From positions 48,946 to 112,945 of the forward strand of contig JADFPE010000001.1 of assembly GCA_022562495.1 (NCBI GenBank): 64,000 bases of DNA, in the 5' to 3' direction. This DNA comes from Acidobacteriota bacterium. Its GTDB lineage: Bacteria > Acidobacteriota > Vicinamibacteria > Vicinamibacterales > UBA8438. This document shows, in pieces, positions 8,678-17,319 of the stretch. A program made the translations under genes and the position numbers. The notes beneath the pieces were generated by a model, which worked only from the letters and a program-made list of their open reading frames with translations, made no database searches and was not told where the DNA came from. How positions within the stretch are numbered: the first letter of the stretch is position 1; each line of letters begins with the position of its first letter.

Positions 8678-9454
8678 TCACATGCCGGTGCTGTGGAAAC
8701 CGCCGTCGACCACCAGCACCTCACCAGTAACCCCGCGACCGCCTGGACCCAGGAGAAACCTGGCCGTCTCGGCCACCTCCGCGGCGTCGATAGTTCGACC
8801 GAGCGGTGACCGGTCGCGATAGTGGTGCAGAATCTGGCTGAACCCGGGAATTCCGGCGGCGGACAGCGTCTTGATCGGTCCCGCCGAGACCGCGTTGACC
8901 CGGATGTTGCGTGAGCCGAGGTCACTCGCCAGATACCGGACGACTGCCTCGAGCGCGGCTTTGGCCACCCCCATCACGTTGTAGTTCGGGAACACGCGCT
9001 GGCTGCCCAAATAGGTCAGCGTGAGGATGCTGCCGCCGCCCCGTTGGTCCATCAGGGGCGCGGCTGCACGTGCCAGCGCCAGGAGGGAGTACGCGCTGAT
9101 GTCGAGCGATTGCAGGAAGTCCTCGCGTGACGTCTCGAGAAACGGTTCGGACAGCGCCGCGCGCGATGCGAATGCCACCGCGTGCACGAGAAAGTCCAGC
9201 CCGTCGCGCTCGCGCTCGACGGTCGCGCACAGGTCGCGCACCTGCGCATCGCTGGTCACGTCGCAGGGCACCATCAACGGTGGCTGGCACAACGTGGCGC
9301 CAAGCTTGCGCACGTTGCCCTCGAACCGCTCCGTCGCATATGACAGCGTCAGCTGCGCCCCCACCGCATCCATCGCCTGGGCGATCGCCCAGGCCAGCGA
9401 GCGCTTGTTCGACACCCCCACGATCACGCCATGGGTCCCAGAGAGATCGATCAT
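8678..9454 (-). CDS. fabI: Enoyl-[acyl-carrier-protein] reductase (NADH), FabI type
   Basis: SDR fold with GVSNKRSLAWAIAQA near the N-terminus and the catalytic Y-x6-K region YNVMGVAKAALE. Confidence 0.9.
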   Translation of the reverse strand: MIDLSGTHGVIVGVSNKRSLAWAIAQAMDAVGAQLTLSYATERFEGNVRKLGATLCQPPLMVPCDVTSDAQVRDLCATVERERDGLDFLVHAVAFASRAALSEPFLETSREDFLQSLDISAYSLLALARAAAPLMDQRGGGSILTLTYLGSQRVFPNYNVMGVAKAALEAVVRYLASDLGSRNIRVNAVSAGPIKTLSAAGIPGFSQILHHYRDRSPLGRTIDAAEVAETARFLLGPGGRGVTGEVLVVDGGFHSTGM

Positions 9455-9520
9455 CGATGTACTCGGTGCTGATCCGCCGCGCGGGCGAGCCGGGTCTGCT
9501 GACTGGACTATGCACGGTTG

Positions 9521-10174
9521 CTACCCGGAACGGCCCTTGCCGCGGGTGCGCGACCGGCCCTGACCGGATCGATCGGAACGACCCGGGTTCGACGAACGGT
9601 TGGCCGAACGTGGTCGTGGGGGACGTGACCCGTTCTTGCCGTGTCCGACCCAGCCGAACTGTCTGTCATTGCCGTCGGCGCGATTACCGTTCGGTTGCCC
9701 CTGGGATTTGCCGCCCGGCCGCCGTGCTCGCCGCGGCCCGCCGTCGCGATTGACGGTTTCCCGAATTGTGAACACCGGCGCCTGTCGGATAGGTGGCGGC
9801 GTGCCCTCCGGTCGTTCGAGCGTTGCGCGGATCAGCGATCGTCGGACCGAATCGACCAGCGACGGTTGGGCGGACTCGACCGCCGGGGGCGGGTCGGGCG
9901 GCGCCTCAGGCGCCGCGGGTTCGGCGTTGGCCGGCCCTTGCAGCGCCGGCGCGGCGCCGGCAGCACTGGCGCTCGACAACGCGGCGACCAGTCGTGTCTG
10001 GCGTCGCGGCGGCACCCGGGCAGCCTTGTATGGATGCTCGGTGTCGCACGTCGTGCACCGGGTCAGTTTGATCTCGTCGCCGACGAGGGCGACCACGGCG
10101 TGATTGGTCACGCGGCGTTCGCGTGGGCAGTAGTCATCTAGGACATCACCCAGGCCATGCTGACGCTGCTCCAT
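9521..10174 (-). CDS. Hypothetical protein: N-terminal Cys-rich (zinc-ribbon-like) module plus long Arg/Gly/Pro-rich disordered tail
   Basis: 217-aa ORF. DDYCPRE...LTRCTTCDTEHPY supplies C-x23-C-x2-C-x3-H. The C-terminal half is low complexity (RRARRPGGKSQG...RSRTRGKGRSG). Confidence 0.6.
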   Translation of the reverse strand: MEQRQHGLGDVLDDYCPRERRVTNHAVVALVGDEIKLTRCTTCDTEHPYKAARVPPRRQTRLVAALSSASAAGAAPALQGPANAEPAAPEAPPDPPPAVESAQPSLVDSVRRSLIRATLERPEGTPPPIRQAPVFTIRETVNRDGGPRRARRPGGKSQGQPNGNRADGNDRQFGWVGHGKNGSRPPRPRSANRSSNPGRSDRSGQGRSRTRGKGRSG

Positions 10175-10676
10175 GAATCCCTCTCAAACAGTAGGTTGGT
10201 TCGATACGGCGGGACCGTTCAGCGGCAGGTTGAATTCCATCCGAGTTGCGTGTCCCGAGTCAGGGGTTGGCACACATTTTCCGGGCGGGGCATCCCGCGC
10301 GGGCGCCGCTGGGCTTCTCGCTCAGCGGGGTCGAGTACGGTCGGACTGTTCCCTCGTTGCGCCTCGCAATGGCCGGACGCGGCATGCGTACGACACCGGA
10401 CAATCGGTCCGCGAACTTCTGGCTCGGGACACTAGACGGACCTGGAGGGACAACGCTGCGGCCCGAGAAGGCCCTCACGCATTCCAGACACAGACCCGAG
10501 TTACGAACACGCGAAGCACCTGTTTCGTCGCTTCAGGAAGAAGGCTCGCGTTGCGCAGTAGGACGGTGATACGCACGGCCCGGCAACGATACACCCTCCG
10601 TGTGGGGTTTGCCGGGCGGCTGCAAAGCGCAGAAGTTATTCTACTACGCCTGCCCCGATTCGTAAACGGTCGATCG

Positions 10677-12086
10677 TCAAGACCGTGTCTCGGCGTCGCG
10701 GGCGACGACGGTCAGCTCGTCCACCCACCCGCGCGTCTCGAGGAGCGCCGCTGCCACCGCCTCGGGCGCTGTCGACTGCGGGGTCCGCCGCGCCGTCACC
10801 GATCCACGCGCCGTGATCCGTCCGGCGGCGTCGGCATCCAGCCGGTTGTGATACCGCCGCCAGGCATCCGGTGACAACGACGCGAAGTCACGGTTCGTTG
10901 CCAGCAGGTCCCGAACCATGCGGCCGACGACCTCGTGGGCCTCCCTGAACGGCACGCCGCGGGTCACCAGCAGATCCGCGACGTCGGTAGCCAGTGCCAG
11001 CCCGGACGCGGCGGACTCGGTGTGTGCGGGGTCGAGGCTGAGAGACCGTACGACAATCGTTGTTGCCCGGGTCGAGCGTTGCACCGTGGTCTCGGCATCG
11101 AACACCGCCTCCTTGTCCTCCTGCAGATCTTTGTTATACCCGCTCGGCAGCCCTTTCATCGTCGTCAGCCACCCGGTCAAGTGGCCGATCACGCGACCGG
11201 TCTTGCCGCGCACGAGCTCGAGCGGGTCGGGGTTCTTCTTCTGAGGCATCAGGCTGCTGCCGGTGGTGACCGCATCGGCCAGTCCGAAGAACCCGAACTC
11301 CTCGCTGGTGAAGATCACGAGATCCTCGGCCAGCCGACTCAGGTGCACCATCGTCCCCGCGCACGCATAGAGAAACGCCGAGACGAAATCACGGTCCGCC
11401 GTCGCGTCGAGACTGTTGGCCACCACGCGGGAAAATCCTAGGCGCCCGGCGAGCGCCGCCGTGTCGATGGCATAGCTTGTGCCGGCAACCGCGCCGGACC
11501 CGAGGGGCAACGCGTCGGCTTCCTCGCGGGCGATCTCCAGACGACGGTGGTCCCGTCGCAGCGCTGCGGCGTGCGCCAGAAAGTAGTGCGCCACGAGGAT
11601 CGGCTGCGCCCGCCTGAGATGCGTATAGGACGGCATCAAGGCCGGTCCGGCGGCCTCGGCGCGGCCGGCCAGGGCGTCGACCAGCGCCACGAGCTCGCAC
11701 TGCAGTACCGCGATGCGACGACGCAGATACAGACGCAAATCGAGCGAGACCTGCTCGTTGCGCGAGCGGCCGGTATGCAGCCGCTTTCCCGCGTCCCCGA
11801 CGCGTTCAATCAGCTGGCGCTCCACGAACGCGTGGATGTCCTCGTCCGGCCCGTCGATGAAACCGGGGTCGGCGCGACCGCGGTCCCGGATCTCGAGGAG
11901 CGCCGTTCGGATCGCGGTCGCCTCGCCGCGGGACAGCACCTCGGCCCCGACCAGCGCCTCGGCCCAGGCCAGACTGCCGGCCACGTCATCTTCGAACAAC
12001 CGCCGATCGAACTCGAACGAGGCCTGAAATTCGAAGACCTCGCTGTCGGGCGGCGCGTCGAACCGGCCGGACCACAGATGGGTCAT
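10677..12086 (-). CDS. argH: Argininosuccinate lyase
   Basis: N-terminus LWSGRFD and the fumarate-lyase signature GSSLMPQKKNP. Confidence 0.95.
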   Translation of the reverse strand: MTHLWSGRFDAPPDSEVFEFQASFEFDRRLFEDDVAGSLAWAEALVGAEVLSRGEATAIRTALLEIRDRGRADPGFIDGPDEDIHAFVERQLIERVGDAGKRLHTGRSRNEQVSLDLRLYLRRRIAVLQCELVALVDALAGRAEAAGPALMPSYTHLRRAQPILVAHYFLAHAAALRRDHRRLEIAREEADALPLGSGAVAGTSYAIDTAALAGRLGFSRVVANSLDATADRDFVSAFLYACAGTMVHLSRLAEDLVIFTSEEFGFFGLADAVTTGSSLMPQKKNPDPLELVRGKTGRVIGHLTGWLTTMKGLPSGYNKDLQEDKEAVFDAETTVQRSTRATTIVVRSLSLDPAHTESAASGLALATDVADLLVTRGVPFREAHEVVGRMVRDLLATNRDFASLSPDAWRRYHNRLDADAAGRITARGSVTARRTPQSTAPEAVAAALLETRGWVDELTVVARDAETRS

Positions 12087-12100
12087 AGGGAGAAGAAACC

Positions 12101-12270
12101 TCAGTAGTCAGAAGTCAGAAGAGAGCCGGTCGGCTTCGCCGGCGTGCATGTGTCCTACCCGAGGCTCCCCTTACTTGTAGCGCTCCCGAGGCGCGATGAC
12201 CGGGGGGTCGATTTCTAGATGTCGGCGCAGCCTTCCAAAGCTCTCCTGCCTCCTGCCTTCTGACTTCTTG
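12101..12270. repeat. Composite inverted heptamer-array element between argG and argH
   Basis: Left arm TCAGTAGTCAGAAGTCAGAAGAGAG plus hairpin GCCGGTCGGCTTCGCCGGC. Right arm CTCTCCTGCCTCCTGCCTTCTGACTTCTTG. The unique core between them is roughly 100 nt. Confidence 0.8.
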
Positions 12271-12281
12271 TGCATTCGTGT

Positions 12282-13481
12282 TTACCCCTCCGCGCCGCGC
12301 TGCTTCGCAGCGGCCAGCTCGACCGGCAACCCCCAGAGCTTGATGAAACCCTCCGCGGCGCTGTGGTCGAACTGGTCCCCCTCGTCGTAGGTGGCGAGCG
12401 CTTCCTCATAGAGCGCATACGGTGACCTGCGCCCCACGACCCGGCAATTGCCCTTGAACAGCTTGAGCCGGACACTGCCGGTCACCCACTGCTGCACGTT
12501 GGCGACCAGCGCATCGATCGCGCGCCGGGTCGGAGTAAACCAGAGACCGTTGTACACGAGGTCCGCATACACGGACGACAGCCCACGCGTGATCCGCTCG
12601 AGGTCTTTCGAGATCACCAGAGTCTCGAGCTCGCGATGGGCCATGTGCAGCACGACCGCCGCCGGGGCCTCGTAGATCTCCCGGGACTTGATGCCGACGA
12701 GCCGGTTCTCAACCATGTCAATCCGCCCCACACCGTGGGCGCCGGCGATCGTCTCGAGACTGCCGATCAGCTCGACCAGCGGCATCGCGACACCGTTGAC
12801 CGCAGTCGGCACGCCCTGCTCGAAGTTCAGCTCGACATGGGCCGGCGCGTCAGGCGCGTCCGCCGGCGACTTGGTCAGCGTGTAGACCTCCTCGGGGGCC
12901 TCCGTCCACGGGTCCTCGAGCACACCGCACTCGATCGATTTCCCCCAGAGGTTCGAGTCGGTGCTGTACGGGCTGTCGACCGTGGCAGGCACGGGGATAT
13001 TGCGCTCCCGCGCGTAGGCAATCTCGGCCGGACGTGACATGCCCCATTCCCGCGCCGGCGCCACCACCCGGATCGCTGGGTTCAACGCGCGCGCCGAGAC
13101 GTCGATCCGGACCTGGTCATTCCCCTTGCCGGTGCAGCCGTGCGCGATCGCGCTGGCCGACTCCATCTCTGCGATCTCCACCAACCGCTTCGCGATAAGC
13201 GGACGACCGAGCGCGGTTGCCAGCGGATACTGGCCCTCGTAGAGCGCGCCCGCCTGCAACGACGGGAGCACATACTGCTCGGCGAACTCGTCGCGCACAT
13301 CGAGCACGTGGCACCGAACCGCCCCAACCGCCATCGCCCGCTCACGCACGTCGTCGAGCTCCTTCCCCTGACCCAGATCCAAGGTGACCGCCACGATCTC
13401 CGCCTGATACTTCTCCGCCAGCCACGGAATCGCAACCGAGGTGTCGAGACCGCCCGAGTATGCGAGCACGATACGTTCCAT
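12282..13481 (-). CDS. argG: Argininosuccinate synthase
   Basis: MERIVLAYSGGLDTS ATP-binding motif. ATG 13481 is preceded by AGGAAG. The track ORF extends to 13598 into a repeat. Confidence 0.95.
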   Translation of the reverse strand: MERIVLAYSGGLDTSVAIPWLAEKYQAEIVAVTLDLGQGKELDDVRERAMAVGAVRCHVLDVRDEFAEQYVLPSLQAGALYEGQYPLATALGRPLIAKRLVEIAEMESASAIAHGCTGKGNDQVRIDVSARALNPAIRVVAPAREWGMSRPAEIAYARERNIPVPATVDSPYSTDSNLWGKSIECGVLEDPWTEAPEEVYTLTKSPADAPDAPAHVELNFEQGVPTAVNGVAMPLVELIGSLETIAGAHGVGRIDMVENRLVGIKSREIYEAPAAVVLHMAHRELETLVISKDLERITRGLSSVYADLVYNGLWFTPTRRAIDALVANVQQWVTGSVRLKLFKGNCRVVGRRSPYALYEEALATYDEGDQFDHSAAEGFIKLWGLPVELAAAKQRGAEG

Positions 13482-13523
13482 CTTCCTGTTGCTCCTGACT
13501 GTCGCTGTCGGGTCAACCACGAC

Positions 13524-13696
13524 GGAGGCAGGAGACAGGACGCAGGAGGCAGAAGAAAGCTGGACGGCTACGCCAGCTTCTTCCACGAACACGATCAACC
13601 CCTATCAGACAGGCGGCAATGACGAAGCTCGGCCGATCTACGACTCGCCCGGCCGCTCCGATTCCTCCTGTCTCCCGCCTCCTGTCTCCTGTCTCC
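13524..13696. repeat. Composite inverted heptamer-array element between argR and argG
   Basis: Left arm GGAGGCAGGAGACAGGACGCAGGAGGCAGAAGAA plus hairpin AGCTGGACGGCTACGCCAGCT. Right arm CCTCCTGTCTCCCGCCTCCTGTCTCCTGTCTCC. Confidence 0.8.
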
Positions 13697-13709
13697 TTGG
13701 AATTCCCCA

Positions 13710-14162
13710 TTACCCCTTCGCCCATCCCCCGAGCCGCCGTTCGATCGTTCTGGCGCTGCGCTCGACGCGCGTCACCACCAGGACCGTGTCGTCCCCGGCC
13801 AGCGTGCCGACCACCTCGGGCCACGCAGCCTGGTCGAGCGCGAAGGCCAGCGGCTGCGCGTGCCCCGGTTCGGTCTTCAGGACCAGCAGCTGCTGGACCC
13901 GGTCGACCCGACGCAGATGCTCCACGACCGCCCGTCGCACCCTGTCGCCTGTGACGGCCGGCAACCGCGTCTCGGCCGGGGCCGTTCGATACGCGCCGTC
14001 CGCCGCCCGCTTGACGAGCCCGAGCTCCTTGATGTCCCGCGAAATCGTCGCCTGTGTCGCCTTGATCCCCCGTACGGCCAGCTGTCGCCTGAGCATGTCC
14101 TGGCTGCGCACGGCGTGCCTGGACACGAGATCGAGGATCGCCGACTGGCGGTAGGTTTTCAT
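13710..14162 (-). CDS. argR: Arginine repressor
   Basis: 150-aa protein with the winged-helix N-terminus RQSAILDLVSRHAVRSQDMLRRQLAVRGIKATQATISRDIKELGLVK. Located inside the arg cluster. Confidence 0.9.
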   Translation of the reverse strand: MKTYRQSAILDLVSRHAVRSQDMLRRQLAVRGIKATQATISRDIKELGLVKRAADGAYRTAPAETRLPAVTGDRVRRAVVEHLRRVDRVQQLLVLKTEPGHAQPLAFALDQAAWPEVVGTLAGDDTVLVVTRVERSARTIERRLGGWAKG

Positions 14163-14176
14163 AATTATTCACCGCT

Positions 14177-14190
14177 ATGCATTAGTATAC
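14177..14190. promoter_or_regulatory. Candidate ARG box (ArgR operator) upstream of argR
   Basis: TGCATTAGTATACA fits the TGNAT-W4-ATNCA architecture of ARG boxes, with one asymmetry between the half-sites. It lies 15-28 nt upstream of the argR start in an AT-rich patch. Confidence 0.45.
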
Positions 14191-14263
14191 ATGAGACAAT
14201 CGGATGTCAAGAACCTGCGGCGTCCCGCGACGCTGTTTTTTGATTGACTCGGGTCCGCGGGTG

Positions 14264-14299
14264 GACGTATAAATAACCGAAGGTTGGTATAAATATACA
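14264..14299. promoter_or_regulatory. Candidate tandem ARG boxes and -10 element abutting the argC start codon
   Basis: GTATAAATAAC (from 14267) and GTATAAATATACA (from 14287) repeat with a 20-bp period. The second reads GGTAT-AAAT-ATACA. TATAAA at 14288-14293 sits 5 nt before the ATG. Confidence 0.4.
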
Positions 14300-15291
14300 T
14301 GGCTGACGCTATCTCCATCGGGATCGCCGGCGCCACCGGGTACGCTGGTCAGGAGCTGATCAGGCTGGCCGCGCGACACCCGGCGGTCCGGCTCACGATG
14401 GCGATGGCCTCCGGCACCGCCGACAGCGTCCGGACGCTGCCCTCGCTGACTCGCGTCTGGGACGGTGAGGTCACGCCGCTGTCGGTCGACCGGCTGGCGG
14501 CCGAGACCGACGCGGTGTTCATGACCTTGCCAGACCCGGTTGCAGCGGAGGTGGGTCCGGCGCTCGTGGCGCGCGGTGTGCGGGTGTTCGATCTGTCCGG
14601 CACGTTTCGGCTGCGGGACCCGGCGCTACGCCGTCGCTGGTACCCCGCCACGCCGGCTCTCGCAGAACCGGCCGTCTATGGCCTGACCGAGCACTACCGG
14701 GCGGCGCTGCCAGACGCGCGGCTGGTCGCCTGTCCGGGGTGCTACCCGACCGCGGCGGTGCTCGCACTCCGACCACTGATCGACGCCGGTCTGCTCGAAG
14801 GCGACATCGTCATCGACGCCAAGTCGGGCATCTCGGGCGCCGGCAAGACGCCATCCGAGCGCACCCATTTCTCGGAGTGTTACGGCAGTGTGGCCGCCTA
14901 TGGCCTCTTCGAGCACCGGCATGGCGCCGAGATCGAGCAGGAGCTCGAGCGGACCGTGACGTTCACGCCGCATCTCGTCCCGTTGGACCGGGGCATTCTC
15001 GAAACGATCTACGTGCGCGTGCGACAGGCAGTCAGCGAGACGATGGTCGCGACCGCGCTCGAGCAGGCTTACGCAGACGCGCCGTTCGTCCGGCTCAGGG
15101 GTGAGGCCCTCCCCGAGATCAAGCACGTCACGTACACCAACTTCTGCGACATCGGCTGGCAGCTCCACGCACCGTCGGGGCGGCTGGTGCTCGTTGTCTG
15201 TCTGGACAACCTCGTCAAGGGGGCGGCCGGTCAGGCTCTGCAGAACCTGAATGTCGCGTTCGGATTGGACGAGACGACCGGATTGTCATGA
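14299..15291 (+). CDS. argC: N-acetyl-gamma-glutamyl-phosphate reductase
   Basis: GATGYAGQELIRL NAD-binding N-terminus and active-site Cys context PGCYPTAA. Confidence 0.95.
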   Translation: MADAISIGIAGATGYAGQELIRLAARHPAVRLTMAMASGTADSVRTLPSLTRVWDGEVTPLSVDRLAAETDAVFMTLPDPVAAEVGPALVARGVRVFDLSGTFRLRDPALRRRWYPATPALAEPAVYGLTEHYRAALPDARLVACPGCYPTAAVLALRPLIDAGLLEGDIVIDAKSGISGAGKTPSERTHFSECYGSVAAYGLFEHRHGAEIEQELERTVTFTPHLVPLDRGILETIYVRVRQAVSETMVATALEQAYADAPFVRLRGEALPEIKHVTYTNFCDIGWQLHAPSGRLVLVVCLDNLVKGAAGQALQNLNVAFGLDETTGLS

Positions 15292-16211
15292 CCGGGGATG
15301 CGGCCACGATCGTACTGAAGCTCGGCGGCGAGTTGCTGGAGGAGCCGGATGGACGCCGAGACATCGCCACGGCCATCCGCCGCCTCGCGTCACGGTCCCC
15401 CCTCGTCGTCGTGCACGGCGGTGGGCGCGAGGTCGACGCGGAACTGGCCGCCAAGGGGATCCCACAACAGGCGGTCGATGGGCTCCGTGTGACTGACGCG
15501 GCCACCCTCGACGTTGTCGTCCGGGTGCTCGCGGGCCGTGTGAACACCCAGCTCGTGGCCGCGGCCCGGGTCGCCGGGGTGCAGGCGGTCGGGCTGACCG
15601 CTGCCGACGCCGGTGTGTCGACGGTCACGCGGGCAGAGCCCTACACGGCGGCCGACGGCACCCTCGTCGACCTGGGTTTCGTCGGGCAGCCAACTGGCGC
15701 CGACCGGCCCGTGCTGCTGGACCGGCTCTGTCAGGCGGGTCTCGTGCCGATCGTGGCCAGCATCGGCGCCGACGACCGAGGGCAGTTGCTCAACGTGAAC
15801 GCCGATACGTTGGCCGGGCATCTCGCAGCGCGGCTGGGCGCCGCGCGACTCTTGATCGCCGGCGGCACGGCCGGCGTGTTGGACGCGCAGGGTCGGACCA
15901 TCCTATCGATGGATATGGACATGCTGCAACGGGCCATCGCGGACGGCCGGGCCAGGGCGGGGATGGTCGCCAAGCTGATCGCATGTCGCGAGGCCCACCG
16001 CGCCGGTGTGGGTCGGATCGACATCGTCACTGGCACGCACACCGACAACCTGGACAGCAGCGCGGGTACGACGATATTGCTGTCCGGGCTCGAGGGCTCG
16101 GTGTCTGAGAGAAAACAGGATGGCTACACAGGGACAGGACATCCAGGCAGTCGAGGCCGAGCACCTGCTGCAGGTGTACAACCGCGTGCCGATCGTGCTC
16201 ACACGCGGTGA
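15288..16211 (+). CDS. argB: Acetylglutamate kinase
   Basis: VVVHGGGREVD and the amino-acid-kinase fold. The ATGA start overlaps the argC stop. The reading frame runs 92 nt into argD (see findings). Confidence 0.9.
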   Translation: MTGDAATIVLKLGGELLEEPDGRRDIATAIRRLASRSPLVVVHGGGREVDAELAAKGIPQQAVDGLRVTDAATLDVVVRVLAGRVNTQLVAAARVAGVQAVGLTAADAGVSTVTRAEPYTAADGTLVDLGFVGQPTGADRPVLLDRLCQAGLVPIVASIGADDRGQLLNVNADTLAGHLAARLGAARLLIAGGTAGVLDAQGRTILSMDMDMLQRAIADGRARAGMVAKLIACREAHRAGVGRIDIVTGTHTDNLDSSAGTTILLSGLEGSVSERKQDGYTGTGHPGSRGRAPAAGVQPRADRAHTR

Positions 16212-17319
16212 GGGGAGCTATGTCTACGACATCGCGGGGCACGCATATCTGGACTTTCTCACCGGGATCGGCGTGGCCTCGCTGGGGCACGCGCACCCGG
16301 GATTGGCCGCCGCACTTGCCGAGCAGGCCCGCACGCTGCTGCACACCTCGAACCTGTATTTCCATCCCCTCCAGGGGCAGGTCGGCCGCCGGCTGACAGC
16401 GCTGTCGGGTCTCGCGCGCGCTTTCTTCTGCAACAGCGGCACAGAGGCGGTGGAAGGCTGCCTGAAGTTCGCGCGGCGGTACTGGCATACACGCGGTGAG
16501 ACCGCGCGCACCCGGATCGTCGCCCTGGAACGGTCGTTTCACGGCCGCACCTTCGGGTCGCTGTCGGTCACCTGGACGCCAGGGTATCGCACACCGTTCG
16601 AGCCGCTGCTCGACGGGGTCGCCTTCGTCTCGCCGACTGACCCGGAGGCCCTCGACACGGCGGTCGGCTCCGACGTGGCCGCGATCATCCTCGAGCCGAT
16701 CCAGGGTGAGGGGGGAATCTGGCCGTTGTCACCGGAGTTCGTCGACGCGGTCACCGCGGCCTGTGAACGTACCGGCACCTTGCTGATCGCGGACGAGATC
16801 CAGTGCGGACTGGGCCGGACCGGCGCGCCGTTTCACTCGGCGACGCTGGGGTTGCGTCCCGACCTGATGGCCCTCGGAAAGGCGCTGGGCGCGGGGGTGC
16901 CAATCGGCGCGATCTTGATGAGTCAAGAAGTGGCGGATGCGATCTCGCCGGGTGACCACGGCACGACGTTTGGCGGCAACCTCCTGGCCTGCCGGGCGGC
17001 GTTGGTGTACCTCGATGCCATGGAGCACGGCGGTCTGGCCCGGGTCCGAGTCGCCGGCGCACGCCTGGCAGACGGCCTGCGAGCGCTGGCGACCCGGTAT
17101 CCCGTGATCACGGACATCCGCGGCGCCGGACTCATGCGCGGTCTCGAGATGACCGAGGCGGTGGCAACGCGGGTCGTCGCCGGCGCGTTGGCCCACAATC
17201 TCCTGGTCAACCGCACCGCGGGACGGGTCGTGCGCCTGCTCCCGCCGCTGACCATCTCCGACGGGGAGATCGACGAAGGGCTGCAGATTCTGGATACGGT
17301 CCTGAGTGAAGCGCAGTGA
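16120..17319 (+). CDS. argD: Acetylornithine aminotransferase
   Basis: Class-III aminotransferase with N-terminus LLQVYNRVPIVLTRGEGSYVYD and PLP-lysine context DLMALGKALGAG. Start set at ATG 16120. Confidence 0.9.
   Translation: MATQGQDIQAVEAEHLLQVYNRVPIVLTRGEGSYVYDIAGHAYLDFLTGIGVASLGHAHPGLAAALAEQARTLLHTSNLYFHPLQGQVGRRLTALSGLARAFFCNSGTEAVEGCLKFARRYWHTRGETARTRIVALERSFHGRTFGSLSVTWTPGYRTPFEPLLDGVAFVSPTDPEALDTAVGSDVAAIILEPIQGEGGIWPLSPEFVDAVTAACERTGTLLIADEIQCGLGRTGAPFHSATLGLRPDLMALGKALGAGVPIGAILMSQEVADAISPGDHGTTFGGNLLACRAALVYLDAMEHGGLARVRVAGARLADGLRALATRYPVITDIRGAGLMRGLEMTEAVATRVVAGALAHNLLVNRTAGRVVRLLPPLTISDGEIDEGLQILDTVLSEAQ

Noticed and set aside
10175-10676. RNase P, tmRNA, SRP or tRNA gene in the 500-nt gap. 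Fragments GGGAACAGTCCGACC (minus strand) and ACAGACCCGAGTTAC (plus strand) resemble RNase P P4 strands, and GGTTCGATA resembles a T-loop.
   Set aside because: The two P4-like strings are on opposite strands and in the wrong order. No GGAAAGTCCGGGC core, tRNA-like acceptor/T-arm pairing or tmRNA termini could be assembled.
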